Source: Geobacter metallireducens GS-15 (GTDB lineage: Bacteria > Desulfobacterota > Desulfuromonadia > Geobacterales > Geobacteraceae). From it: a stretch of DNA of 32,000 nt. The notes under the pieces were generated by a model. The model searched no databases, was not told where the DNA came from, and saw only the letters and a list, made by a program, of their open reading frames with translations. Of this stretch, positions 10,401 through 19,091 are shown piece by piece. The DNA lies in assembly GCF_000012925.1 (NCBI RefSeq), contig NC_007517.1, positions 3,960,001 to 3,992,000 on the forward strand, written 5' to 3'. Numbering within the stretch: position 1 is the stretch's first letter; each line of letters starts with the position of its first letter. The position numbers and the translations under genes were made by a program.

Positions 10401-11180
10401 ATGACGCGTACCGTGAAGGCAGGAGCCGTCCAGTTCACCATCAAGGTTGGCGATGTGGACGTCAACATGCGGTATGTGGAGGGGGCGCTGCGCCGCCTCG
10501 CCGCCCAGGGGTGCGCCCTGGCGGTCCTCCCCGAGATGTGGGACACGGGCTATGCCTACCGGGAGCTGAACGAGCTGGCAAAGCGGACCCCCGAGGTGGT
10601 GACGGAACTGGGACGGCTCTCCCGGGAGCTGGGGATGGTGATCGTCGGGAGCATGCCGGAGCCCCATGGGGAAAAGGTCTGCAATACCGCCTACGTCCTG
10701 GACCGGGGGGAGCTGGTCGGCTCCTACCGGAAGATCCACCTCTTCTCCCTCATGGGGGAGGACCGCTCCTTGGACGGCGGCGACCGCTGGCTCGTGGTGG
10801 ATACCAGCGTGGGACGGATCGGCGTCTTCATCTGCTACGACCTCCGGTTCCCGGAGCTGACCCGGCGGCTGGCGGTGGAGGGGGCGGAGATTCTCGTGGT
10901 GCCAGCCGAATGGCCCAAGCCCCGGGACGAGCACTGGAAGGCGCTCCTGAAGGCGCGTGCCATCGAGAACCAGCTCTTCGTGGTGGCGGCCAACTGCTGC
11001 GGAATCCAGGGAAAGCTGGACTTCTTCGGTTCAAGCCTCATCATCGGCCCCAAGGGGGAGCACCTGGCCGAGGGGGGGTATGAGCCGTGCGAGATCAGCG
11101 CCACCCTCGACTTTGGCGAAATGCAATCCTGGCGGCGGCAGATCCCCTGCTTCGAGGATCGAAAGCCCGAATATTACTAA
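10401..11180 (+). CDS. carbon-nitrogen hydrolase (nitrilase superfamily)
   Basis: 259 aa. Glu-Lys-Cys triad contexts are present: LAVLPEMW, YRKIHLF, GVFICYDLRFPE. Confidence 0.9.
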   Translation: MTRTVKAGAVQFTIKVGDVDVNMRYVEGALRRLAAQGCALAVLPEMWDTGYAYRELNELAKRTPEVVTELGRLSRELGMVIVGSMPEPHGEKVCNTAYVLDRGELVGSYRKIHLFSLMGEDRSLDGGDRWLVVDTSVGRIGVFICYDLRFPELTRRLAVEGAEILVVPAEWPKPRDEHWKALLKARAIENQLFVVAANCCGIQGKLDFFGSSLIIGPKGEHLAEGGYEPCEISATLDFGEMQSWRRQIPCFEDRKPEYY

Positions 11181-11220
11181 GATTATTCTCTGCCGATTTC
11201 GGTCGGCTTCAGGAAAACGG

Positions 11221-11249
11221 TTGACGCGACGGCGGGCCGGGACTATTGT
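11221..11249 (+). promoter_or_regulatory. putative sigma70 promoter for tolQ
   Basis: TTGACG (11221-11226), N17, TATTGT (11244-11249). Confidence 0.45.
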
Positions 11250-11293
11250 TCAGCGATCACGTAACCCATTAATTATTAACGGAGGTTCATACC

Positions 11294-11968
11294 GTGTTAC
11301 ACCTTGCGGGAACCGGTCTTGTCGTAAAACTCGTTCTGCTCATTCTCATCTTCTTCTCGGTGGTCTCGTGGGCAATCATCTTTTTCAAGCTCCTCCAGGT
11401 CTACCGGGCCAACAGCGAGTCGGAGCGTTTTCTGGACTTCTTCTGGAAGACCAAGCGCTTCGATGCCGTCAACTCCCAACTGGACCGCTTCACCAACTCT
11501 CCCCTGACGGTCCTGTTCAGCGAGGGTTACAGTGAACTGAAGCGCCTCGTGGAGAAGGGGGACCAGAAGGAGGAGCTGGATGTCATGAGCACCGAGCTGG
11601 GGGGCATCGAGAACATCGCCCGGGCCCTGCGCCGCGCCACCACCTCGGAAATCACCCGCTTGGAGAAGTATGTGACCTTCCTGGCCACCACCGGCTCCAC
11701 TACTCCCTTCATCGGCCTTTTCGGCACGGTCTGGGGGATCATGACCGCCTTCAAGGGGATCGGCGAGACCGGGTCGGCATCCCTGGCCGTGGTGGCCCCG
11801 GGCATCTCCGAGGCCCTCATCGCCACCGCCATCGGCCTGGTGGCCGCCATCCCGGCGGTCATGGCCTACAACCACTTCCAGTACAAGATCAAGGTTCTTA
11901 TCGCCACCATGGACAACTTCTCCACCGAGTTCCTGAATATCGTCCAGCGGACCGTGACCAAGAAGTAG
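11294..11968 (+). CDS. tolQ: Tol-Pal system protein TolQ (MotA/TolQ/ExbB proton channel family)
   Basis: 224 aa with three TM segments and the conserved GLFGTVWGIM..F region. GTG start 7 nt after GGAGG. Confidence 0.93.
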   Translation: MLHLAGTGLVVKLVLLILIFFSVVSWAIIFFKLLQVYRANSESERFLDFFWKTKRFDAVNSQLDRFTNSPLTVLFSEGYSELKRLVEKGDQKEELDVMSTELGGIENIARALRRATTSEITRLEKYVTFLATTGSTTPFIGLFGTVWGIMTAFKGIGETGSASLAVVAPGISEALIATAIGLVAAIPAVMAYNHFQYKIKVLIATMDNFSTEFLNIVQRTVTKK

Positions 11969-11977
11969 GAGCAGACC

Positions 11978-12397
11978 ATGGAAATCGGCAGCAGAAACAA
12001 CGGCGACCGCGGCACCATGTCGCAGATCAACGTCACCCCTATGGTGGACGTGATGCTCGTGCTCCTGGTCATCTTCATGGTTACGGCCCCCATGATGCAG
12101 CAGGGGGTCCAGGTGAACCTCCCCAAGGCGGAAACCAAGGCCATGGCCACCCAGGAAGAGTCGGTGGTCGTCTCCATCGACCGAAGCGGCAAGGTCTTCA
12201 TCAACGCCACGGAGGTGGCTCCGGGGGACCTGAAGGGAAAGCTGACTTCCATGGTGGCCAACCGGACCAAGAAGGAGGTCTTCCTCAAGGCCGACCGGGA
12301 TGTCCCCTACGGAGATGTGGTGCGAACCATGGCTGAAATCAAGGGGGCCGGCATCGAGCGCCTCGGCATGGTGACGGAGCCAGCCCCGACAAAATGA
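11978..12397 (+). CDS. tolR: Tol-Pal system protein TolR (ExbD/TolR family)
   Basis: 139 aa with INVTPMVDVMLVLLVIFM and a conserved periplasmic domain. Confidence 0.93.
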   Translation: MEIGSRNNGDRGTMSQINVTPMVDVMLVLLVIFMVTAPMMQQGVQVNLPKAETKAMATQEESVVVSIDRSGKVFINATEVAPGDLKGKLTSMVANRTKKEVFLKADRDVPYGDVVRTMAEIKGAGIERLGMVTEPAPTK

Positions 12398-13149
12398 GCC
12401 GTACCCGCCAACCGAGAGATACCGGGCTGGGGTGGGGGGTTGCCGCTTCCTGCGTCGTCCACGCCTCCGTCGCCGCCTTTGTCCTCCTCCACCACTTCTC
12501 TTCCCCCGCCCCCCTAGAGGCGCCCGTCTACTACGTGGATGTCGTGAACCTGCCGGTGGCCGCTCCCCAAGCCGGGAGTCCCGTAACCGGAGGGAGCCCG
12601 CCCCCAGCGGCGCCGTCTCCCCCACCGAAGCCCGCGGAGATGGCCCTTCCCCAGAAACGCACCCCGACAAAGGCGGCCACGCCGAAGAAGAGTTCCTCAA
12701 AGGAGAGTGATGCCGGCAAGGCCTTCGAGGAGCGGATGGACAAACTCCAGCGGGCCATCGACGAACGGCGCCAAGAAGCGGCCCTCGACTCCCTGCGGCG
12801 CAAGACCGCAGGAAGCGGCCGCCAGCCGGAGCGGGTGGGAACCCCCGGCGGCACCGGGAAAGAGGCCGGAAGCGACTACGCCAGCTATATCCAGTCCCGG
12901 CTCACGGACGCCTTCCAGTCCACCATCGCCCACCAGAGCAAGGCACCGGAAGTGGTGGTAAAACTCACCATCGACGCCGGCGGGCACATCGCGCGGAAGC
13001 GGATCGAGCGTTCGAGCGGCGACAAAATTTTCGAGGAATCGGTCTACAAGGCCATCGCCCGGGCCGAAAAGACCTTTGTCCCGCCCCCCGGCGGCGGCGA
13101 ATTCGACTACGGTTTCATCTTCAGACCACAGGGAGTGGGAAAAAAATGA
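12394..13149 (+). CDS. tolA: TolA / TonB-family energy-transducer protein
   Basis: 251 aa with an N-terminal TM helix, a Pro/Ala/Lys-rich linker and a TonB_C/TolA-III-like C-terminus. ATGA overlaps occur with both the tolR stop and the tolB start. Position within the tol cluster supports the call. Confidence 0.8.
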   Translation: MSRTRQPRDTGLGWGVAASCVVHASVAAFVLLHHFSSPAPLEAPVYYVDVVNLPVAAPQAGSPVTGGSPPPAAPSPPPKPAEMALPQKRTPTKAATPKKSSSKESDAGKAFEERMDKLQRAIDERRQEAALDSLRRKTAGSGRQPERVGTPGGTGKEAGSDYASYIQSRLTDAFQSTIAHQSKAPEVVVKLTIDAGGHIARKRIERSSGDKIFEESVYKAIARAEKTFVPPPGGGEFDYGFIFRPQGVGKK

Positions 13150-14435
13150 CACGACGTCTCTTCATTCTCATCACCATCATGCTCTGCCTGATCCCCGCAC
13201 TCCTCCATTCCCAGGAAGGGTATCGGGAAGTGACGGCTGCGGGAACCCACAAACTGACCCTCACCGTGGACTCCCCACGGCGCCTCGGCGGTTCCGATGC
13301 TCCCCAGGTGGCCCGCGAGACGGCCGAAGCGCTCCAGTTCGACATGGTCCTTGCCGGCCCCTTCACCGTCACGGCCCCCTCGGCCGCCGCGGCCTCGGCC
13401 GGCATCCGGCCGGGAGAGTTCGACTTCGCCCCCTGGCGCGGCGCCGGGGTCGACCTTCTGGTCAAGAGCGGCTACACGGTTACGGGAAACGCCATGACCA
13501 TGGAGTTCCGCCTCTACAACGTCACCCAGGGGAAGGAGATCCTGGCCAAGCGGTACACGGGCCGTCCCGGCGATGTCCGGAGAATCGCCCATACCTTCTC
13601 GGACGACATCATGGCCGCCCTGACCGGGGAGCGTGGCCCCTTCACGGGAAAAATCGCTTTTGTCTCCACCCGGGCCGGCGCCAAGGCGATCTTCCTCATG
13701 GACTATGACGGTCACAACGTCCAGCAGCTCACGAAAAACCGCTCCATCAACCTGAACCCCGATTTTTCCCCCAGCGGGAAGGAAATCATCTTCACCTCCT
13801 ACCGCCAGGGAAATCCGGACCTCTTCCGCCGCGAGCTCTTCACCGGCGCCGAGGCCCGGATCTCCTCCTACCGGGGGATCAACGCCACCGGCGCCTGGTC
13901 CCCCGACGGCAAGACCATCGCCCTGACCCTGAGCAAGGACGGCAACTCGGAGATCTACACCATCTCCCGGGACGGGAAGAACCCGCACCGGCTCACCAAC
14001 ACCAGCGCCATCGAGGTCTCCCCCGCCTGGTCCCCCGACGTCCGCAAGATCGTCTTCGTCTCCGACCGGCTCGGCAAACCCCAGATTTTCATCATGAATG
14101 CCGACGGCACCGGGGTCCGGCGCCTCACCACCAGCGGCAACTACAACGTGAGCCCCCGCTGGTCCCCCAAGGGTGACCGGATCGTCTACAGCCGCCAGGA
14201 GGGAGGGTTCCAGATCTACGCCATCAACCCCGACGGAACCAACGATACCAGGCTCACCAGCGAGGGAAGCAACGAGCATCCCCGGTGGTCTCCCGACGGC
14301 CGTTTCATCACCTTCAGCTCCACCCGCGGCGGCGGTGAAGGGATTTACGTGATGAGGGCCGACGGCAGCGGCCAGACCCGGGTTTCCGGCGGGAAGGGGA
14401 GGGACTCCCATCCCACGTGGTCGCCGCGTTGGTGA
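13146..14435 (+). CDS. tolB: Tol-Pal system beta-propeller protein TolB
   Basis: 429 aa with a signal peptide, a TolB N-terminal domain and repeated propeller blades carrying ..SPDG.. / WSPDG motifs. Confidence 0.95.
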   Translation: MTRRLFILITIMLCLIPALLHSQEGYREVTAAGTHKLTLTVDSPRRLGGSDAPQVARETAEALQFDMVLAGPFTVTAPSAAAASAGIRPGEFDFAPWRGAGVDLLVKSGYTVTGNAMTMEFRLYNVTQGKEILAKRYTGRPGDVRRIAHTFSDDIMAALTGERGPFTGKIAFVSTRAGAKAIFLMDYDGHNVQQLTKNRSINLNPDFSPSGKEIIFTSYRQGNPDLFRRELFTGAEARISSYRGINATGAWSPDGKTIALTLSKDGNSEIYTISRDGKNPHRLTNTSAIEVSPAWSPDVRKIVFVSDRLGKPQIFIMNADGTGVRRLTTSGNYNVSPRWSPKGDRIVYSRQEGGFQIYAINPDGTNDTRLTSEGSNEHPRWSPDGRFITFSSTRGGGEGIYVMRADGSGQTRVSGGKGRDSHPTWSPRW

Positions 14436-14443
14436 GGCAGGTG

Positions 14444-14471
14444 TTGAAAATGAAGCACCGTTCTCTATAAT
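14444..14471 (+). promoter_or_regulatory. near-consensus sigma70 promoter internal to the tol-pal cluster, upstream of pal
   Basis: TTGAAA (14444-14449), N16, TATAAT (14466-14471), in the 112-nt tolB-pal spacer. Confidence 0.55.
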
Positions 14472-14547
14472 GAAAACAGAATTTTCGGTGACCGGCCGGT
14501 GATCATGTTCCGGCAGGCGATTGTCTAACAACAAAAGGAGAAGATGT

Positions 14548-15129
14548 ATGCGTAAATGCACCTTTGGTCTCGTTGCCCTGCTCTGTTTCGGTCTCGTTGC
14601 GGCTGGTTGCGCCAAAAAGGAGATGGTGAAGCCTGAAGAGGCGGTACCGCCGGTAGCGGCCCCCCAACCCACAACTCCGGCCAAACCCGCTGCTCCGCCG
14701 GTGAAGGAGGAGCCCATTGCGGCCCAGCCCATCCCCGAGGCCCCCGTCAAGACGGAAACCCTCCAACCGGCCACGGCCCTTGACACCGTCACGGCGACTC
14801 TGGATCGGATCTTCTTCGATTTCGACTCCTTCGTCCTCAGTCAGGCCGCCCGGGATATCCTTTCCAAGAACGCGGAGTACCTCCTCAAGAAGCAGCCCAA
14901 TGCCCGGGTCCTCATTGAAGGGCACTGCGACGAGCGGGGCTCCGACGAGTACAACCTGGCCCTGGGGGAAAAGCGGGCCAAGGCGGCCCGTGATTACCTG
15001 GTGACCCTCGGCGTCGCCGCCAATCGCCTTTCCATCATCAGTTACGGTGAGGAGAAGCCCCTTGATCCGGGACATACCGAAGAAGCCTGGGCGAAAAACC
15101 GTCGGGCCGAATTCCTCATTGTCAAATAA
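14548..15129 (+). CDS. pal: peptidoglycan-associated lipoprotein Pal (OmpA-like domain)
   Basis: Lipobox LVAAGC and OmpA_C motifs (GHCDERGSDEYNLALGEKRA, NRRAEF). I prefer ATG 14548, after AAGGAGA, over the track's TTG at 14521. Confidence 0.93.
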   Translation: MRKCTFGLVALLCFGLVAAGCAKKEMVKPEEAVPPVAAPQPTTPAKPAAPPVKEEPIAAQPIPEAPVKTETLQPATALDTVTATLDRIFFDFDSFVLSQAARDILSKNAEYLLKKQPNARVLIEGHCDERGSDEYNLALGEKRAKAARDYLVTLGVAANRLSIISYGEEKPLDPGHTEEAWAKNRRAEFLIVK

Positions 15130-15153
15130 AACCATCGTCCGGGAAAACGGGAG

Positions 15154-15180
15154 GGGAGCCGGCAACGGCTCCCTTTCTCT
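15154..15180 (+). terminator. hairpin plus T-rich tract after pal (partial terminator/attenuator before cpoB)
   Basis: GGGAGCCG-GCAA-CGGCTCCC followed by TTTCTCT. Confidence 0.5.
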
Positions 15181-15209
15181 ATTGCCGGGCAACAACTACG
15201 GAGACGCCG

Positions 15210-16025
15210 ATGAACATCGTACGGAATATATCGCTCGTCGTGCTGCTGGCCCTGTCGGGATGCGCCATGCGCAGCGACCTGGAGACGGTGCAACGGGACA
15301 ACGAGGAACTGAAGACCCGCATCTTCCGCCTTGAGAAGGACCTGGGAGGGGTGCGGACGGAGACCAGGGCCGGCATCGAGACAACCTTGCAGGACTTCGA
15401 GAAGGAGCGGGCCGGCGCCCGTAAGGGGCTCGCGGACCTCCAAGCATCCATGGACGCCATGAAGGTTGACCTCCAGGTAATGGCCGGGAAGGTGGACGAC
15501 CTCTCCCTGGCCGCCAAGAAGCCGACCGAGGAGGTGAATCTCCTCAAGGAAGACCTGGAACGGCGCCTTTCCTCCCTGGAGGAAAGGCTAGGAGCGGTGC
15601 AGAAGAAGGTGACGGACATGGAAACGGCCCAGGCCAAGCCCCCCGAGCCTGCGACTCCCGAAGCCCTTTACCAGAAGGGGCTCGACGCCTACCGGAGCGG
15701 CAATTTCGCTGCGGCCCGGGAGTCATTTGCCCGCTTCCTGGAACAGCACCCGAAGCACGAACTTGCGGTCAACGCCCACTACTGGTCCGGCGAGGCCTAC
15801 TACGGCGAAAAGAAATACGAACAGGCAATCCTGGAATTCCAGGAGGTGATCAAAAATTTCCCCGGCAAGGAAAAGGTACCTGCGGCCATGCTGAAACAGG
15901 CCGGGGCCTTCAACGAGATCGGCGACGTGAAGAGCGCCCGTTACGTGCTGCGGAAACTCATCGACGAGCACCCCTCCACCGAGGAGGCGAGGCGGGCCAA
16001 GGAGAGGCTCAAGGCCCTCAAATAA
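15210..16025 (+). CDS. cpoB: cell division coordinator CpoB/YbgF (coiled coil plus TPR)
   Basis: 271 aa with the signal/lipobox-like LALSGC, a coiled-coil segment and C-terminal TPR repeats. It is the last gene of the tol-pal cluster. Confidence 0.88.
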   Translation: MNIVRNISLVVLLALSGCAMRSDLETVQRDNEELKTRIFRLEKDLGGVRTETRAGIETTLQDFEKERAGARKGLADLQASMDAMKVDLQVMAGKVDDLSLAAKKPTEEVNLLKEDLERRLSSLEERLGAVQKKVTDMETAQAKPPEPATPEALYQKGLDAYRSGNFAAARESFARFLEQHPKHELAVNAHYWSGEAYYGEKKYEQAILEFQEVIKNFPGKEKVPAAMLKQAGAFNEIGDVKSARYVLRKLIDEHPSTEEARRAKERLKALK

Positions 16026-16026
16026 C

Positions 16027-16053
16027 AAAAGGCGGGTGCAAGCCCGCCTTTTT
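16027..16053. terminator. bidirectional rho-independent terminator (cpoB / tatA)
   Basis: AAAAGGCGGG-TGCAAG-CCCGCCTTTTT, with A/T runs on both sides. Confidence 0.78.
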
Positions 16054-16081
16054 CATTTCCGACATCTCGTATCAGGCCGTC

Positions 16082-16393
16082 TCAAGCCGACTTCGCCCCG
16101 TCGCCTCCCCTGGACGCAGTCTCTGCTGCCCGGTCCCCATGGGCCTTAACCTCGGCAGCCGGGTCCCCCTTCGGGTCAGCAGCGGCGGTCTGGGCTTCTT
16201 TTTCGGCCTTTTCCCTTTCATCCAGGTTCCGGACCTCCTCGGCCATGTTCCGCTGGAAGTCGTCGGAGGCCCGCTTGAACTCGGCCAGCCCCTTCCCCAG
16301 GGACCGGGCGATGTCGGGGAGCTTCTGGGGACCGATAACGATCAGGGCGATGACAAGGATGACTATCAACTCCGGCATGCCGATTCCAAACAT
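16082..16393 (-). CDS. tatA: twin-arginine translocase subunit TatA/E
   Basis: [26 protein letters not shown], then an amphipathic helix and a charged tail. I prefer ATG 16393, after GGGAGG, over the longer track ORF. Confidence 0.9.
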   Translation of the reverse strand: MFGIGMPELIVILVIALIVIGPQKLPDIARSLGKGLAEFKRASDDFQRNMAEEVRNLDEREKAEKEAQTAAADPKGDPAAEVKAHGDRAAETASRGGDGAKSA

Positions 16394-16475
16394 GTTCGTA
16401 TACCTCCCGTGACAGCGACCGGAGTCGCCGGCCCGCCGCAAAACACCTTCTCAATTCTGACCAAAGGATGTGAAA

Positions 16476-16504
16476 ATAATAGAGTGTGGGCCGAGTCGTG
16501 TCAA
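16476..16504 (-). promoter_or_regulatory. putative sigma70 promoter for tatA
   Basis: Minus strand TTGACA (16504-16499), N17, TATTAT (16481-16476). Confidence 0.55.
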
Positions 16505-16545
16505 GGGCGCCATATCGAGGCCCCGCCCATGGACGGGCAAAGGGT

Positions 16546-16575
16546 TTGACATCGGGGCGAACGTTGATTTAGTAT
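16546..16575 (+). promoter_or_regulatory. putative sigma70 promoter for nadA
   Basis: TTGACA (16546-16551), N18, TAGTAT (16570-16575). It lies back-to-back with the tatA promoter. Confidence 0.5.
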
Positions 16576-16622
16576 CATCCAATTTCGCCCGTATACGGGA
16601 AAACGGGAAAGGAAACACACCC

Positions 16623-17537
16623 ATGCAGGCCGATACCATCAAGCAGGAAATCAGGCGGCTCCTCAAGGAGCGCAACGCCGTCCTCCTGGCTCACAACTAC
16701 ATGCGGGACGAGGTGCAGGAAATCGCCGACATCACCGGCGACTCCCTGGGGCTCTCCCAAGAGGCGGCCAAAACCGCTGCGGACGTGATCGTCTTCTGCG
16801 GTGTTCACTTCATGGCCGAGTCGGCATCCATCCTCTCGCCCCATAAGACGGTGCTCCTGCCGCGGCGCGACGCCGGCTGCCCCATGGCCGACATGGTGAC
16901 GGTGGAGGGACTCCTGGAGCTGAAGGCCAGGCATCCGGGCGTGCCGGTTGTCACCTACGTGAACTCCTCGGCGGCAGTGAAGGCCGTGAGCGACATCTGC
17001 TGCACCTCCGCCAACGCCGTGAAGGTGGTCAACTCCCTCCCGGACCGGGAGGTGATCTTCGTCCCCGACCGGAACCTGGGCCAGTTCGTGGCGAAGCAGT
17101 CGGACAAGGCCTTCCACTTCTGGGACGGCTACTGCCCCACCCACGAGCGGCTCAAGGCCGACGTGGTGGCGCGCCTGAAGGCAGAGAATCCCGATGCCCT
17201 TTTCATCTGCCACCCCGAATGCAACCCGGCGGTGGTGGCCCTGGCCGACCACGCCTGCTCCACGAGCGGCATGTACGATTACTGCCGCAAGAGTCCGGCC
17301 AAACGCTTCATCATCGGCACCGAGGCGGGAATCCTCTACAAGCTCCGCCTGGAGAACCCCGACAAGGAGTTCATCCTCGCCTCGCCGGCCCTGGTCTGCC
17401 CCAACATGAAGCTCACCTCCCTGGAGGACATCCTCGATGCCCTCACGACCATGGCGCCGGTGGTGCAGGTGCCTGAGGATATCCGGGTGCAAGCCAAGCG
17501 GGCACTGGACCGGATGATCGCCATACCGAGGGACTGA
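16623..17537 (+). CDS. nadA: quinolinate synthase NadA
   Basis: About 304 aa starting [27 protein letters not shown], with [10 protein letters not shown] and conserved Cys ligand contexts. The in-frame upstream extension in the track (from 16470) runs through the promoter and is rejected. Confidence 0.93.
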   Translation: MQADTIKQEIRRLLKERNAVLLAHNYMRDEVQEIADITGDSLGLSQEAAKTAADVIVFCGVHFMAESASILSPHKTVLLPRRDAGCPMADMVTVEGLLELKARHPGVPVVTYVNSSAAVKAVSDICCTSANAVKVVNSLPDREVIFVPDRNLGQFVAKQSDKAFHFWDGYCPTHERLKADVVARLKAENPDALFICHPECNPAVVALADHACSTSGMYDYCRKSPAKRFIIGTEAGILYKLRLENPDKEFILASPALVCPNMKLTSLEDILDALTTMAPVVQVPEDIRVQAKRALDRMIAIPRD

Positions 17538-17542
17538 GATGC

Positions 17543-17556
17543 GGGGACCGGGGACC
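17543..17556 (+). repeat. GGGGACC heptamer x2, just after the nadA stop
   Basis: GGGGACCGGGGACC. The same 14-mer occurs at 24844-24864 (x3) and inverted at 24951-24965. Confidence 0.9.
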
Positions 17557-17588
17557 CGTGATCGGAAAAATCCAACCTGTCGAGGTCT

Positions 17589-18125
17589 ATGATGATACGT
17601 TCTTTTCAGGGGATGAACCCCCGGATCGACTCCTCCGCCTTCATCGCCGAAACCGCCGTGGTCATCGGCGACGTGACCGTGGGGGCCGAAAGCAGCATCT
17701 GGTATAACGTGGTGGTCCGGGGAGATGTGAACTTCATCCGGATCGGCGCCCGGAGCAATATCCAGGACCTCACCATGCTCCACGTGACCCACAAGAAGCA
17801 CGCCGACGACCCCGGCGCCCCGCTCGTCATCGGTGACGACGTGACCGTGGGGCACAGCGTCACCCTCCACGGCTGCACCATCGAAAACGGCGCCTTCATC
17901 GGGATGCAGGCCATGGTTATGGACAAGGCGGTGGTGGGGGAAGGGGCGCTGGTGGGTGCCCGGGCCCTCGTCACCGAGGGAACCGTCATCCCACCCCATA
18001 CCCTCTGGGTCGGCGCGCCGGCCCGGTACAAGCGGGACCTGACCCCCGACGAGATCGCCTGGCTCAAGCGTTCGGCCGGCAACTACGTGAGATACTCCCG
18101 GGAGTATCTGGACGATACGCCATAG
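17589..18125 (+). CDS. gamma-carbonic anhydrase family protein (left-handed beta-helix, YrdA/PaaY-like)
   Basis: 178 aa with hexapeptide-repeat periodicity (IGDVTVGAESSIWYNVVVRGD..IRIGARSNIQD). Confidence 0.88.
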   Translation: MMIRSFQGMNPRIDSSAFIAETAVVIGDVTVGAESSIWYNVVVRGDVNFIRIGARSNIQDLTMLHVTHKKHADDPGAPLVIGDDVTVGHSVTLHGCTIENGAFIGMQAMVMDKAVVGEGALVGARALVTEGTVIPPHTLWVGAPARYKRDLTPDEIAWLKRSAGNYVRYSREYLDDTP

Positions 18126-18146
18126 CACCCGGCCTCCGCAGCCAAC

Positions 18147-18186
18147 AAAAAAGCCGGCATCCCCTCGAGGGGAGCCGGCTTTTTTG
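18147..18186. terminator. bidirectional rho-independent terminator
   Basis: AAAAAAGCCGGC-A-TCCCC-TCGA-GGGGA-GCCGGCTTTTTT. Confidence 0.8.
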
Positions 18187-18209
18187 TTATCGCAACGCAG
18201 GGAAACTGG

Positions 18210-19091
18210 TCAGAATTTGAGGAACGTGAGCCGTTCGGCCGGGTCGGGTCGAGCTGCATCGTCCCGTGCCGTCGCCTTTGTCACCGTGCCGCCCCCCCTC
18301 CCCTCTCCATCCTCCGTCAGCACCGCCACGCTCCGCGCCATGACCGCATTGGTGAAGAGCCCGCCCCGTAGGTTTGCGCTTGCCAGCGCTGCACCCCGCA
18401 GGTTCGCCCCCACGGCATAGACACCCGTCAGGTCCGCCCGCTCCAGGTCGGCCCCTTCCAGGTTCGTCATGAAGAGGCCGGCCCCCGAGAGCTTGGCCCC
18501 CTTGAGGCTTGCCCCCCGCAGATTGGCCATTTCGAGGGATGTCCCTCGCAGGTTCGCCCCGTCGAGGCACGCCCCCGCCAAATTAGCCAGGTAGAGGTCG
18601 GCATTGGCCAGGGAGGCGTTGCGCAGATCAAGGCCGGCCAGGTTCATCCCCCGCAGGTTCGCCCCCGACAGATCGCGGGTCGTGCCAAGGACCTCGCGCA
18701 CCTCTGCCGGACCGGGCCGCCATCCCCCTCCCCGCTTCGGCTCGACTGCCACGACCGGCGCAACGGTCCGGACGGGAACGACCGGCGTCGGCTCGGCTTT
18801 TGCGGAAACCACCTTCTGGTCCGCTTTCTTTGCAGTACGGGTCACCTTTGCCGCCTTCGCCGGCTTCTTTTTGGCGTGGCCACGCCCGGCGACACCCCGC
18901 CTGCTTACGAGACGCACATACTCGGCATAGGCAAGGGCCGGCTTCGCCGGGGAAGAGGCCGCGACTTCGGTGGACTCGGTTTTTTTCTTCCCCGCCGGGG
19001 AGGCGGCGGCCGGCGTTTCACTGCCGACGGAGACGAAGAAGGTGGTGATGACGATCGGAATTCCCAGGCAACGGAACAGGAGGTGCTTCAT
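18210..19091 (-). CDS. pentapeptide-repeat protein with an N-terminal hydrophobic signal/anchor and a Lys/Ala/Pro-rich linker
   Basis: 293 aa. Begins MKHLLFRCLGIPIVITTFFVSVGS, then a linker (AKKKPAKAAKVTRTAKKADQK...), then about 20 A(D/N)LxX pentapeptide units (ANLRGMNLAGLDLRNASLANADLYLANLAGA...). Confidence 0.85.
   Translation of the reverse strand: MKHLLFRCLGIPIVITTFFVSVGSETPAAASPAGKKKTESTEVAASSPAKPALAYAEYVRLVSRRGVAGRGHAKKKPAKAAKVTRTAKKADQKVVSAKAEPTPVVPVRTVAPVVAVEPKRGGGWRPGPAEVREVLGTTRDLSGANLRGMNLAGLDLRNASLANADLYLANLAGACLDGANLRGTSLEMANLRGASLKGAKLSGAGLFMTNLEGADLERADLTGVYAVGANLRGAALASANLRGGLFTNAVMARSVAVLTEDGEGRGGGTVTKATARDDAARPDPAERLTFLKF

Noticed and set aside
16576-16622. Possible NAD+ riboswitch (nadA motif) upstream of nadA.
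   Set aside because: The leader is only about 40 nt, with a single 6-bp hairpin. The tandem bulged-stem domains and the conserved C-rich internal loop of the nadA motif are not present.
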